A stretch of 64,000 nucleotides of DNA, from the IMG/VR virus record IMGVR_UViG_3300025009_000089, positions 627 through 64,626 of that record, one strand, 5' to 3'. Source of the DNA: a virus. Under the pieces are notes generated by a model. That model was not told the origin of the DNA, ran no database searches, and saw only the letters and a program-made list of their open reading frames with translations. The translations under genes were made by a program, and so were the position numbers. Positions 44,592-54,831 of the stretch are shown one piece after another (position 1 is the first letter of the stretch; every line of letters begins with the position of its first letter).

Positions 44592-45772
44592 TAAAGTCTC
44601 CTATTTAATTGCATAATTTCAAACATAATACTATCAAGATCAAAACTATAACCATTATTTTTAAGTATAAAATCCCAATAATGGCCAGAAAGCATACTTC
44701 CCATATTAACACGTTGCTTTGTCATTGTAGTACTTGAATCTTTCATTTCAAATGTACGAGTCTGTCCATCAGCTTCAACTGTGAGTAAAAGTTTTCCGCT
44801 TGAACTTACTCCTAAATACGCTGAAGTAACTCTCTTCTTATAATCCGACCCTAATGTAGATCGGCCAAAATCAATCAGTGCATCTATTTTAATTCCATTA
44901 TCAGTGCTTCCAGTTAATTCATAAATACCATCTCTTGCTATACCATAGTTTTTACCTTCATGTGAATAGAAAGAAAGATAACCATAATTATCATATTGAC
45001 CAGTTGCATTAGTATCCATATTAACTACCCAAACTCGAGCAGTCGTATCAAGTGCAGCAACATTGTCAATTGTTGCAGCAATACCAGAAGTAGCAATAAC
45101 TACATCACCTGTTATTATAGAAGTATCGAATGAAGCAAGAAAGGATCCGATAACCGTGAATGTGTCAGTCGTCTGCATGGAAGCCAGCAACTGGGAGATG
45201 TATATATGGCTGCCTGTGATAGTATCGACAATCTGGCCGGAATTGTCAAGCACGACAACAAAAACTGGACGATGACCAAATGCATCCAATGTATAGCAGA
45301 AGCTGTAGAGCTTACGCTCGAACGGAGTTGCATCATAAATACCAGAAGAAGCAAGAGCAGGAAAATAAGCCGTACCTTCTCCATATTCTCCTTCACCACC
45401 CTTAGCAAGCATTGCCGGAAAGTCAGCATCGCCGTCAAGATAAGAGATGGTGCCGAGAATGCCAGAAGATACCAGACTGGGAAAGGTTGAAAATCCATAG
45501 TTAGTCAACACAGGCACATACAGTCCACCCTCGGCATAGGACTGCATTGAGGGAAACGATGAATCTCCTGCACCGTAACTGGTGATATCTCCACCAAATC
45601 CAGCCAGTGCTGGAAACAATGCATAGCCGTAATTGCTCGATGCCGTGGCAACCATCTCGCCAACCCCTGACATTGTGACGCTTGCTACTTGGAGATTGTC
45701 TAGTGTCAGCGTACCAACACCTGTCATCAGCACTTCATAATCTTGGATTGTCAGTGTTCCATAACCTATCAT
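44591..45772 (-). CDS. Putative tail structural protein
   Basis: Gly/Tyr-rich N-terminus; C-terminal GIY.L.G..D.G...ALIDFG...LG...KKRV...YLG domain. Confidence 0.5.
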   Translation of the reverse strand: MIGYGTLTIQDYEVLMTGVGTLTLDNLQVASVTMSGVGEMVATASSNYGYALFPALAGFGGDITSYGAGDSSFPSMQSYAEGGLYVPVLTNYGFSTFPSLVSSGILGTISYLDGDADFPAMLAKGGEGEYGEGTAYFPALASSGIYDATPFERKLYSFCYTLDAFGHRPVFVVVLDNSGQIVDTITGSHIYISQLLASMQTTDTFTVIGSFLASFDTSIITGDVVIATSGIAATIDNVAALDTTARVWVVNMDTNATGQYDNYGYLSFYSHEGKNYGIARDGIYELTGSTDNGIKIDALIDFGRSTLGSDYKKRVTSAYLGVSSSGKLLLTVEADGQTRTFEMKDSSTTMTKQRVNMGSMLSGHYWDFILKNNGYSFDLDSIMFEIMQLNRRL

Positions 45773-47067
45773 CAGACACTCCCGTACTGGACTTCACCAG
45801 TTTTAAATACAGCGGATGTTACCTTATCGCCTGCTGTGTAAAGATAACCGTAAGCATAAAGTTGAAGCAATCTAGATACTGTAGGAACTGTACTAGTGTG
45901 AACAACAGAAACTTCATCAGTCTTAGCCATGTAAACAATTACATTATCAGATTGACGATAAATTCTAATTTCTGTCAGTTCAGTTTGTACTGAAAACATG
46001 GTCTTTACCATGGTTCCATTTTCATACACTCTCACTCCATTCTGATCACAGATAATACCATGCGAAAACCTCGCTACTCCAGCTCCTTCCATGCCTTTAG
46101 TTGATATGCTAACACAAGCACTTGTTACTCCTGACGCTGCAGTGAACTTGATAAATGTTCCAGCATTAAGAGGATTTATTGATCGTGCCCAAGTATTCCA
46201 GCCACTATTAGTTAGTTGCAGTATCTCTTGATAAGTCAGTGGCTCGTTTACACTGGTCGTAGGCTCCTGCGCTGGCATGGTGGTTTCGACAGTGTAAGTC
46301 GAGGTAGGGACGGTCTGGTCTCCTACGAGAGGAGTCCCATCATTATAAGTATCACTGCCTGATGGAATTATGGGGGTGTCATACCCATCAGCCATTTCAA
46401 TATCAAAAATGCCGTCCCATGATTCACCTTCTTCGTCTTCCAATGAGGTCCACGATACTTTGCCATCTTGAAGAATCTCGTCCATCAAAGTATCATAGTT
46501 TTCCTGATCAAATCCTGTAGAATCCTCAGAAAGCGTTTGCGTAGGCTTAGAGTTTTCATACTCAACAAAGTGATACAATCCGTAGCCAACAAAACCAACC
46601 CAGAACGCGAGATAACTCCCATCAGAGTATGAGTATTTAGGCACCCCAAGTTCACTCTTGCCTTGATACCAGACGATGTTGTGATGGTTGACCCGTGCTT
46701 GCATGTCGGTAACTGTCCCATCCCAGTCGTTCGGGTACAGTGCCCGCATCATATCGTTTTCTTGCAGTGTCGTAGCTAGATAGATACCTTTTTTTCCTGA
46801 CCTTGTTCCATCAGGCGGAGCATCACCAATGAAGCCGTCAGGATAGAAAATCCCCTTGCTCGTCATGGTATAGCCTGTCACTAGCCCACCAGTCTCGTCT
46901 ATCCATTGGCCATCCTCTAATTGAGTCCAACCATCAGGGATGTAGTAGTAACTCAAGGTAGACTGGCCAGACGTTCCGGTAGTCGTTGAAGTGTAACCCT
47001 CAGTGCCAGCTGTTCCACCATATCTAGTGACTAATTCATATTTATAATCTTTAATTAGTATGCTCAT
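45772..47067 (-). CDS. Putative tail/virion protein
   Basis: Thr/Gly/Asp-rich, beta-rich C-terminal domain; ATGA overlaps. Confidence 0.5.
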   Translation of the reverse strand: MSILIKDYKYELVTRYGGTAGTEGYTSTTTGTSGQSTLSYYYIPDGWTQLEDGQWIDETGGLVTGYTMTSKGIFYPDGFIGDAPPDGTRSGKKGIYLATTLQENDMMRALYPNDWDGTVTDMQARVNHHNIVWYQGKSELGVPKYSYSDGSYLAFWVGFVGYGLYHFVEYENSKPTQTLSEDSTGFDQENYDTLMDEILQDGKVSWTSLEDEEGESWDGIFDIEMADGYDTPIIPSGSDTYNDGTPLVGDQTVPTSTYTVETTMPAQEPTTSVNEPLTYQEILQLTNSGWNTWARSINPLNAGTFIKFTAASGVTSACVSISTKGMEGAGVARFSHGIICDQNGVRVYENGTMVKTMFSVQTELTEIRIYRQSDNVIVYMAKTDEVSVVHTSTVPTVSRLLQLYAYGYLYTAGDKVTSAVFKTGEVQYGSV

Positions 47068-48839
47068 GGCATTCCTATTGCGTATTTATCATAAGGCCCG
47101 ACCGGACTTTGTGGGACAATTGGAGGACATTGATATGATGCGAGAGCATCTGCCCTTGGGTCATCACCATAAAGACCGAGAGCAAAGTTGTCAGCATTTC
47201 CAACTGGAAAAGGAAGTTCGCCCATTATCTGCCACAAATCTGTACTTTCAGGAATCCAGTTTAGCGAAGCAAATGCGTACTTCTCAACATCATTCACTGT
47301 ATACTTAACGACTCCAATCAGAAATATTTTCTCAGGCGTGACCATACAAGGACGGACGCTGATAAGATCGACACCATCAGAGCATCCAGGCAAGGCAGTC
47401 CATCCAGTAAATGGAGAGCCATAATGCACCGCCCTAACCCCAACCTTGACCTTGTTGCTGACACACAGGTAAAGATGGGTATCGTCGAACACCCCGGCGT
47501 AGGTAATATCCGGTCGTACTCCTTCCTCTCCTGATACCTGTGAAGGGACAAGGACGGTTGCGAGGAATAGCCCTGTCGCGGTGAACTTGACTGCGCCGTA
47601 CTTCCGAGTCCATGTGTAGATAATCCCAGCATGGTCATGGAACATCACAGAGTCATAGGGGACAGTATGAATCGTATTTGGAAATGCACCAACCAATTGC
47701 TCAAACATCCTTTTTGCATTAAACCAGTCAGTTAGACAGTCCTCTGTTGCAAGGTCGTCAAGTAGCGCAAGAAACTGACTTGAATTTACCAGATTGACAT
47801 TACCATTTACGACCATCGAATAAAACAACCTCCAGTGATCATGCTCTGGATTATCGTCATAATATTCAGACGCTTCACATAATTCATGTCCAGATGAGTA
47901 CAGATGGGTAGAGGCATTCACAGCGTGAAATAATGTACCGTCAAATGCGTAAGATCCTACAGGTTCGCAGGAACCATCGTTTTCTGATGTTACAAAAATA
48001 TTTCTTAATGTAATTGGGATTTCGTCTGTAACTATATCTATAAACCTGATACTGCCAGACACCCCAGCCATAACGTCAATAGTATATCCAACCGTTTTCT
48101 GAAGAGGGTCACCGACGAAATCATACAACCATGTGTTGTGCGCTGAAGTGTATCTATCTGCTCCTGTTTTATAATATGTTACCCAAGGAGCATACCCATC
48201 GGCGTACTCTATCCGCTTTGCTACACAGTCTATTCTGCTTTGCTGACTTCCGTTGGCAATATAAAATGAGGTATTTTTCTCAAACATCTGCTGCCACCAG
48301 ACAATGCCTCCGGTTTCAGTAAAGTCATATAACAAATAATCCGATACAAGAATGTTATATAGTTCCCCGACTTGTGGAAGCAATACAGGATAGGAAGAAT
48401 AATCCTCTACTAAGACTGTATCTGGTCCTGAGGTATCGCCATCAACAAGACCAAAATATGAACTGTTCACAGATGGAACAAATTTCATAGGATAATAACC
48501 AGTCAACGGATCAATAGAACTATTAAAAAATGTAGTGAACTCCCCAGCAACCCCTAAGTCTTTGAACATCACATACAGATCCTGCGCTGGATTGAATCCG
48601 CCTGCCCAGTAGTCGGCAACGGCAATCTTGATGCCATCCTGAGTCGAGCAAGTTACAACCGCACCCATAGGAGCAGCCACCCTGCCTCCATCAAGATCCT
48701 TGTTGAGTTGCCATACCTTGAACCTGAATCCGTCCCAGATCGGACAGGCAGCCGGAATATCCATTTCTTTGATCTGTGCGAGTTTCTTCTTGGCAAACCA
48801 TCTACGCTTAAGGCTGCGATCACCATCGAAGGTGATCAT
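47064..48839 (-). CDS. Putative virion protein
   Basis: 591 aa, aromatic-rich, translationally coupled within the tail module. Confidence 0.5.
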   Translation of the reverse strand: MITFDGDRSLKRRWFAKKKLAQIKEMDIPAACPIWDGFRFKVWQLNKDLDGGRVAAPMGAVVTCSTQDGIKIAVADYWAGGFNPAQDLYVMFKDLGVAGEFTTFFNSSIDPLTGYYPMKFVPSVNSSYFGLVDGDTSGPDTVLVEDYSSYPVLLPQVGELYNILVSDYLLYDFTETGGIVWWQQMFEKNTSFYIANGSQQSRIDCVAKRIEYADGYAPWVTYYKTGADRYTSAHNTWLYDFVGDPLQKTVGYTIDVMAGVSGSIRFIDIVTDEIPITLRNIFVTSENDGSCEPVGSYAFDGTLFHAVNASTHLYSSGHELCEASEYYDDNPEHDHWRLFYSMVVNGNVNLVNSSQFLALLDDLATEDCLTDWFNAKRMFEQLVGAFPNTIHTVPYDSVMFHDHAGIIYTWTRKYGAVKFTATGLFLATVLVPSQVSGEEGVRPDITYAGVFDDTHLYLCVSNKVKVGVRAVHYGSPFTGWTALPGCSDGVDLISVRPCMVTPEKIFLIGVVKYTVNDVEKYAFASLNWIPESTDLWQIMGELPFPVGNADNFALGLYGDDPRADALASYQCPPIVPQSPVGPYDKYAIGMP

Positions 48840-49660
48840 ACCAGTATCTCAGTCTGCCCGGAGAAATTCGTCCAAAACTCTACTGGAACAGGAGTAAATG
48901 AGTACTCCCTGATACTTCCTGGACTAGTTCCTACAAGAAGAAACAACTTCTCAACCTCTTCACTTGCAAACACACCTGTAATATGATCAATTCCTGTAGC
49001 AAAAGAATCTGTTGTTGTGAGGGTAGAAAAATCCCACGGAGTTGAAAGGTCGAACCTGGAAAGCACTCCAGGCACAGCGTCTACTGTATATATTCGCTTA
49101 CCTGTTGGAGATGCGAATATTTGTGGAGTGAACGCTCCAGTAAAGAAATACTCAGCATCAACCTTTATTGCTGAACTTATGTTGAATGGAGATGATAAGT
49201 TATATTTTGTTAAATAGAGCCCCCCACCTGTTGTATTGACAGCAAGAATCAACTGCTGCCCTGTAGGCTCGAACATCCCGGAATGAATCCAGTATGATCC
49301 CGTTCCTGCTGCATCTGTAAAATTTTTCACACCTACATATGATGCAGTAGATAATCCCCCAGCGAGAGAATACTGATAGACATTAAATACTCCATAGCTT
49401 TGACTTTGACAAATATACAAAGCACTATCATTCGGCGCAATGAAACAGGAATACAGATATGTTGTGGGAGAAAGGGTATCTCCGGTAAATACTGCTGTGC
49501 TTATATCCCATGGAACTGAGAGACTTAGTTCTCGTACACGATTGGGGACAACTTCTGTTGAGACAAAGTAAGCCCTTGTTCCAGAAGAATTAAAGCATAG
49601 GCTTAAGCCGTTCAGACTACCTATGCTCTTGCTTGAAAGATATGTATATATATCAGCCAT
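48836..49660 (-). CDS. Beta-propeller-like repeat virion protein
   Basis: Repeated LSVPWDISTA / LSSPFNISSA / LSTPWDFST units; C-terminal FWTNF. Confidence 0.6.
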   Translation of the reverse strand: MADIYTYLSSKSIGSLNGLSLCFNSSGTRAYFVSTEVVPNRVRELSLSVPWDISTAVFTGDTLSPTTYLYSCFIAPNDSALYICQSQSYGVFNVYQYSLAGGLSTASYVGVKNFTDAAGTGSYWIHSGMFEPTGQQLILAVNTTGGGLYLTKYNLSSPFNISSAIKVDAEYFFTGAFTPQIFASPTGKRIYTVDAVPGVLSRFDLSTPWDFSTLTTTDSFATGIDHITGVFASEEVEKLFLLVGTSPGSIREYSFTPVPVEFWTNFSGQTEILV

Positions 49661-50127
49661 TATGCCGCCGGAAACCCGATGTTATACGCATTGATAGGCT
49701 GTACATTGCCGATGGTCATGTAGGAGTTGCCAATTATCAAGTCTTTACTGACCGTTCCGACAGTTCCTTGTACCCGTTTTTCTGTGGTGCTTAAAACTCC
49801 TGTATCAGAACTCAACACGCCCCGATAGAACGAAGCATATCCGGATGCGACATTCGTTCCGGTCCATGTTTCAGCAGCAGCTTTAGCAACAACCCCAGAA
49901 GCAGGAGCGTCGAACGTCCCGCCTGTACCACCACCATTTACAGAAATAGTACAAAGCAAAGTTGCCGAACCAATCGCTGCATCAGCCGTGGCTGGGATAA
50001 GTGCATCTGCTGCTGCCTGACTTGTTGCAGAACCATAAATCTTAATAAGAAACCCGCTCATGCCAGTGGCAAAGTCATCGCTACCGAGCATATGATTACG
50101 TAAACCTGTGCTTACTTTAAGAGCCAT
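49660..50127 (-). CDS. Small virion structural protein (similar to 63289-63663)
   Basis: RN.ML...IKIY...P.TADAA....LL.TI...A.ASFYR pattern. Confidence 0.55.
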   Translation of the reverse strand: MALKVSTGLRNHMLGSDDFATGMSGFLIKIYGSATSQAAADALIPATADAAIGSATLLCTISVNGGGTGGTFDAPASGVVAKAAAETWTGTNVASGYASFYRGVLSSDTGVLSTTEKRVQGTVGTVSKDLIIGNSYMTIGNVQPINAYNIGFPAA

Positions 50128-50135
50128 TATTCACC

Positions 50136-50531
50136 TCAATCCAGTGCGGCGATGATTTCGCCAATTTCAAAAGTTAATGGACTAGCATTGCTTATCGCTC
50201 GTGAAGTTGCAAGAGCACCATACATAATACAATTTCCTGCTGTAGCCGCAGTCCAAATGCTTACATGAGTTACCGTGTATGTCCCTGCTGCGACTGCTGG
50301 TGTAAATACAACCTGCGTTGTGCTGGCAGACGATCCGGTTGTTGATGTTCCCATAGTAACAGCCTTGCGGATATAGTCAGCGTCGGTGCCAACGATCATC
50401 TCAGCAGTTGCACCAGTTTCAGTTGGGTCAGCTGTGTGAATTGCAACAAACCAAGCCGTAGGTCGAGTTACCGAGTCAGTATTAAATGTCCAGTTAATAA
50501 GGAGATTTTCGCCGTAGTTAGTAAATGACAT
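50136..50531 (-). CDS. Small virion structural protein
   Basis: FTNY.EN.L...YVA.HTADP.E.G..E.....Y.R.AV...VTHV.IW.A.T.GN pattern. Confidence 0.6.
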   Translation of the reverse strand: MSFTNYGENLLINWTFNTDSVTRPTAWFVAIHTADPTETGATAEMIVGTDADYIRKAVTMGTSTTGSSASTTQVVFTPAVAAGTYTVTHVSIWTAATAGNCIMYGALATSRAISNASPLTFEIGEIIAALD

Positions 50532-50540
50532 AATTTCTCC

Positions 50541-51047
50541 TTATGCCGAAACGAGTGCGAACCCGACCGGAACTCGTAATGCACCAAGATTGGCCATAGT
50601 AAACGGAGATGCAAACAAAGCTGCCGAAACTAGCAAGCCGGTATTTGATCCTCTAGTTATTCCAGTCGTAATAAATGCCCCTCGTATCGTCGCTGCCCCT
50701 GTAAATGCAAACTCATTTGGTGATGCCGATGTAGTAATTGATCCAGCTACTGGTGATGGTAAAGTCAATGTCAACCGATTTGTACCAGTTGTAGTGTATC
50801 CAGTATTCTCTCCACAAGCATCCATGAACGTAGTCATTGTATCCGTTGCCAGTGGAGTATAATTATTTTCAAATAGTGAAAGATAGTAAGTCGAATATTG
50901 ACTTCCCCCTCTCAATACTGCATTAAGCATGTATGTAATCATATCTCCAGGCATGAGATTATGTACCTCTTGCTGAGAAATGATCTGCCCATCCTCGCCT
51001 ACATGCGTCGGAGTGTAAACGAACCCGACTTTATAATCATTATTCAT
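50541..51047 (-). CDS. Small virion structural protein
   Basis: HNL.P...ITY.LN......YLSLF...Y.P...D...A.F.FTG..TIRGAF pattern. Confidence 0.55.
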   Translation of the reverse strand: MNNDYKVGFVYTPTHVGEDGQIISQQEVHNLMPGDMITYMLNAVLRGGSQYSTYYLSLFENNYTPLATDTMTTFMDACGENTGYTTTGTNRLTLTLPSPVAGSITTSASPNEFAFTGAATIRGAFITTGITRGSNTGLLVSAALFASPFTMANLGALRVPVGFALVSA

Positions 51048-52279
51048 TATGCCTCTCTTCGAATTTGTTCAGCAGTTATCCAACTACTTGCTGCCATAGA
51101 TGACATTGATGCATCTTTAAGACTTGTTATAGCCTGTTTCATACCATTTTCTTCCCGAATCAACATAGCTCCTTTATCACTGTAATCTGGTGCTACTTGC
51201 TCCTCCTGTATGTTCTTTATTTCTCCTCCATTTCCTGCCATTATTAAACCTCGCGTTGAAAACCAATAAACATTTCCATCTGATCGTTTTTGCCCAGTAC
51301 CAAGTGACGCACCATAATCAAGTTTAGTTAATTGCTGAAAGTTCTCTGGACCACTTCCAGCAAAGAAATAAGTCTTATCTGCTACAATCCAAACACCATC
51401 ATCAACAGGTTCAACTACAGTTATATTCTCGCTGAATTGAAAAACACTATTACTTAATTGAGAAACAAGATCAGTTGAATATGCTTCAGTCACATACAGC
51501 AAATTATCTTTTGCAATCAAAAGTCTACCATTATGTTCTCGAATAATTTGCCCCGCTGGTGGCTTTGTAATAAATAAAGTTTCAAGAACCTTTCCACCAT
51601 CATAAGCAAGTGTTACAGAATAACTCAGTGTGCCAATCACAACATCTCCACACTGATAAAAGACTTGACCATTCGCAGTAGTCATGTACAAACGAATTCC
51701 GATAACTTGACTATCACTTGAAGATGGAAGACTTGTAAAAACAACACTACTATTATCTATAACTGAAATTGATGTAATATCACTTGATCCAGACTCATTA
51801 TCAAGTGCATCATAAAAAGTCAGGCAACATAAATAAACTCCTGCTCCAAATATTCCAGAAGAGCTATAAACTACTGGAGCAGTCGGATTACTCATACCCC
51901 AATTTTGAGCCACACCATTCAGAATCTTTTTTCCTCTCAAACCATCACTAAAAAACAATTCATTATTATGCTCATAATAAGTAAAGGTATCACCAAGTAC
52001 TCCACCTAAAATATCAATCTTTGTCCAATCAGTATTGACTTTTTTAAGTGTTGTACCTTCAACAATAAAGTGTCCTTGAGAACAAGCAAAGCCATATTTT
52101 ATATCAAACCCACTGCATTTCTTCGTACTACCGTTCCTCATTTTGATCTTACCTGCATTAGTAAAATCAACACTTACAGCATTTCTAACCATCGTACTTG
52201 AATCTTCTGAATTAACTGGTAACGCATGATCTTCAGCGCGATTATTCATGCCTTTAAAAGGCCCAAGTGAAAGCTTCAT
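51047..52279 (-). CDS. Putative tail tube/nozzle (stabiliser) protein
   Basis: GPF.GMNN, RNAV.VD....G...R.G; follows the adaptor gene; beta-rich. Confidence 0.55.
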   Translation of the reverse strand: MKLSLGPFKGMNNRAEDHALPVNSEDSSTMVRNAVSVDFTNAGKIKMRNGSTKKCSGFDIKYGFACSQGHFIVEGTTLKKVNTDWTKIDILGGVLGDTFTYYEHNNELFFSDGLRGKKILNGVAQNWGMSNPTAPVVYSSSGIFGAGVYLCCLTFYDALDNESGSSDITSISVIDNSSVVFTSLPSSSDSQVIGIRLYMTTANGQVFYQCGDVVIGTLSYSVTLAYDGGKVLETLFITKPPAGQIIREHNGRLLIAKDNLLYVTEAYSTDLVSQLSNSVFQFSENITVVEPVDDGVWIVADKTYFFAGSGPENFQQLTKLDYGASLGTGQKRSDGNVYWFSTRGLIMAGNGGEIKNIQEEQVAPDYSDKGAMLIREENGMKQAITSLKDASMSSMAASSWITAEQIRREA

Positions 52280-52290
52280 TTTAGCTCCTT

Positions 52291-52959
52291 TTATCTAAGC
52301 ATGAATCCACGAGTATATGATGGAATAGTTAGTTCAAGAGTTCGCATGGCTTCAAGGAAAAATCTTTTATATTTAAGTGTATTTTTCATTTCGTCATCTT
52401 TATCATCCTCAAGCCGCTCATATGCTTTCCATGCACCAAAATTAACTAAGAGAGCTTCTTGTAAATGTTCTGGAATTCCATCTGGAGTATCATCATCATT
52501 AATCATATTAACTGGTTTTCGATAATAATGTAATGTTACAGTTTCACTACTTGTAGGAATACCTTGATAATATAATTTTCCTCCATGTTCAATAGATTCA
52601 GAAATTCTTCCTGATTTATTCAGCAATGGATAAGTTTCTGCAAATTCAATAAATGAATGTGCTATATCAATCTCACTTCCAGTAGATGATGATACAAACT
52701 GCAAGTCTCTATGAAAATTAGTTGGCATATTTACATAAGCAGCACTAGTTGAAGTTGTCACAGTATCTATTGTAAACAATTCAGGCAATGGTGGAGTAAG
52801 CGAATTTGGTAATGGATCCTCAATTCCATCCAACAACGAAGGCATTCCGCCTGCAATTTCATAAACACCCTGATTAATAAAATCGCCTAAATGATCAAAT
52901 ATTGCAGGATTATCAATAAGAATATTTACTTTATTTATTAAATATTCAAAGGTAGCCAT
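52291..52959 (-). CDS. Head-tail adaptor protein
   Basis: Helical N-terminus, .V.L.YYRKP..M....D.PD.IPEH.Q.ALLV..AW.AY. Confidence 0.65.
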   Translation of the reverse strand: MATFEYLINKVNILIDNPAIFDHLGDFINQGVYEIAGGMPSLLDGIEDPLPNSLTPPLPELFTIDTVTTSTSAAYVNMPTNFHRDLQFVSSSTGSEIDIAHSFIEFAETYPLLNKSGRISESIEHGGKLYYQGIPTSSETVTLHYYRKPVNMINDDDTPDGIPEHLQEALLVNFGAWKAYERLEDDKDDEMKNTLKYKRFFLEAMRTLELTIPSYTRGFMLR

Positions 52960-52967
52960 AATTTTCC

Positions 52968-53207
52968 TTATAAATCATCTGGAGTTATTGGTGTAGTTAT
53001 AAAATTCTCTTCTGGTTCAGGCCTATGCACAGGAACACTTTGCTTCTCACCTAACGGCTTCGGATCAGTATAATGTGGATGCTTTTCTTCCCAACATGTA
53101 TCAGCACAAACAAACAACTTATCCCAAGTCATTCTGCATTCAGATGCATATCTTTGAAAACCGCATTGATCACAGATTACTAAATAATCACCAGGTTTAT
53201 ATGACAT
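52968..53207 (-). CDS. Small Zn-binding protein
   Basis: CDQCG...VC..CWEEKHP. Confidence 0.65.
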   Translation of the reverse strand: MSYKPGDYLVICDQCGFQRYASECRMTWDKLFVCADTCWEEKHPHYTDPKPLGEKQSVPVHRPEPEENFITTPITPDDL

Positions 53208-53210
53208 AAT

Positions 53211-53612
53211 TTATCCTTCACGATAAAAACGATGGCCTTTAATTTCAACAATGAATTTCATACCTTTGATCCAGTATGGTGGTTGGTGGTTCGGCATACC
53301 CAATAAAGCATAATAATGTGTTGCACCATAAAGTGTATCACCAGCCAACCATTCATTGAATCCTGCCTGAGCATTTTCCAATACCTTTGCTGAGGTGACA
53401 ACATTTCTAATCCAAACAGATGGATGATCTAGACCTAAATTAAAACAACTAAATTGCTTTCGTGATAGCACAACATTCGATACTGGCCAGTTATTTTTCT
53501 TCGCTCGATTGAGAATAACCTTGACAACTGCTTTCTGTCCAGCAACTGACTCCCCTCTAGCCTCATGATAGATTGTCAAAGTCAGCCAAAACAAGGCTTG
53601 TGTTATATCCAT
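53211..53612 (-). CDS. Cell wall hydrolase (SleB/Hydrolase_2 family)
   Basis: TIYHEARGE...GQ.AV..VILNR, QFSC, ATHYY, P.W, I.GHRFY; start at ATG 53612 (TAATG overlap). Confidence 0.88.
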   Translation of the reverse strand: MDITQALFWLTLTIYHEARGESVAGQKAVVKVILNRAKKNNWPVSNVVLSRKQFSCFNLGLDHPSVWIRNVVTSAKVLENAQAGFNEWLAGDTLYGATHYYALLGMPNHQPPYWIKGMKFIVEIKGHRFYREG

Positions 53613-54337
53613 TAACTCACCGCCTTTCGCGCAAAAGCACACTCACCACCGCGCTTCATAAATACCTCAGCAAAATCATCAAGGTCCATTACCCAGTATC
53701 CATTACGCAAAAGGTTCCAATATGGCCATGAGTTTGGCCCACCAATAATGTTTTGATGGAGATTAATAAATGTTCCCGCAGTACAGTGTCCGCCAACTAC
53801 TTCACCACCGGGAGTACTCAGTCCATCCACTTCCCGAGGATACATCATACCCTCAGTCCATTCAAGCCCAAGTATTGCAGAACCATAATAATCAATACCT
53901 CTGATTACTTCATCAATAGTTCGTGCTCGACAATAAGATTCAATCAAACCTTCTTGCTTGGCAGTTTGCATTACCGCTGCAAGAGACGTTCCATAACTAA
54001 TTGGTTTCGATCCTGGTCTTTCTGAGCCTGGCCACTGATCATTATCCTGGCACCTGAAATAAAACTCAAGAGCCCATTCGTCACCAAGAGTTCTTATTCC
54101 AGGCTCATGTTCCATAAAAGCAGTGAAGCCAAATCCACCACATGCACTCCACTTAGCCTGATTAAGCAAAGGTTCCTTGAACTTCTTTACTCGATATTTG
54201 CTGATCAACTCTCGATATCGCAAATCAATACCATCATCAATCGGAGGAACTGCAAGAAGATTTGGAGCAGTAGGATCAGCTTGAAAGATTAAGCCACAAC
54301 GAAGATCTTGAATTTCACTACCATCTTTAAGTATCAT
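53612..54337 (-). CDS. Papain-like (C1A-type) cysteine peptidase
   Basis: NQ...SACGGF (Gln/Cys), GGHC (His), NSW (Asn). Confidence 0.7.
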   Translation of the reverse strand: MILKDGSEIQDLRCGLIFQADPTAPNLLAVPPIDDGIDLRYRELISKYRVKKFKEPLLNQAKWSACGGFGFTAFMEHEPGIRTLGDEWALEFYFRCQDNDQWPGSERPGSKPISYGTSLAAVMQTAKQEGLIESYCRARTIDEVIRGIDYYGSAILGLEWTEGMMYPREVDGLSTPGGEVVGGHCTAGTFINLHQNIIGGPNSWPYWNLLRNGYWVMDLDDFAEVFMKRGGECAFARKAVS

Positions 54338-54339
54338 AA

Positions 54340-54831
54340 TTAATTCACAGTCTGATTTATTTGTTGAATTGCTTTAAGAATTGTTTCTAAGTTCTTCTCT
54401 TGAGCTTCCTTCACTTCTTTAACTTCACTTTCAAGTTTCCCAAACCTTTCAGCACCTGCTGCCATTTTTTCTTCAAACCGTTCATGACATGTTTCTCTAG
54501 CATCAGCACAAGTTGGCCTAGTGATAAATCGTGGTTCTCCATCAGACATTTCAAACATTTTAAGAACAGACTTAATCGCATTTTCAATCTCTGATAGCCT
54601 ACGATCATAATCAAGAATTCTAATTCGTGTTTGAGTTGTTTCTGCAAGAACTAAATCATTTGCAGTAAACTTAATATCATGAGCGTCAAGCCGAGTATGT
54701 GCTCGTTCTATCTCACCCTTTGTCTTTTGAATCTTTCCACCAAGCCCAACAAGAGAAAGTGCCCAGCCAAGAATAACTCCAAATGCTCCTGCTGCACCAG
54801 CAAAAAAAGTAAATCCTCCATTCTCCGGCAT
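54340..54831 (-). CDS. Membrane-anchored coiled-coil protein (holin/XhlA-like candidate)
   Basis: N-terminal hydrophobic helix followed by coiled coils; next to the SleB gene. Confidence 0.5.
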   Translation of the reverse strand: MPENGGFTFFAGAAGAFGVILGWALSLVGLGGKIQKTKGEIERAHTRLDAHDIKFTANDLVLAETTQTRIRILDYDRRLSEIENAIKSVLKMFEMSDGEPRFITRPTCADARETCHERFEEKMAAGAERFGKLESEVKEVKEAQEKNLETILKAIQQINQTVN

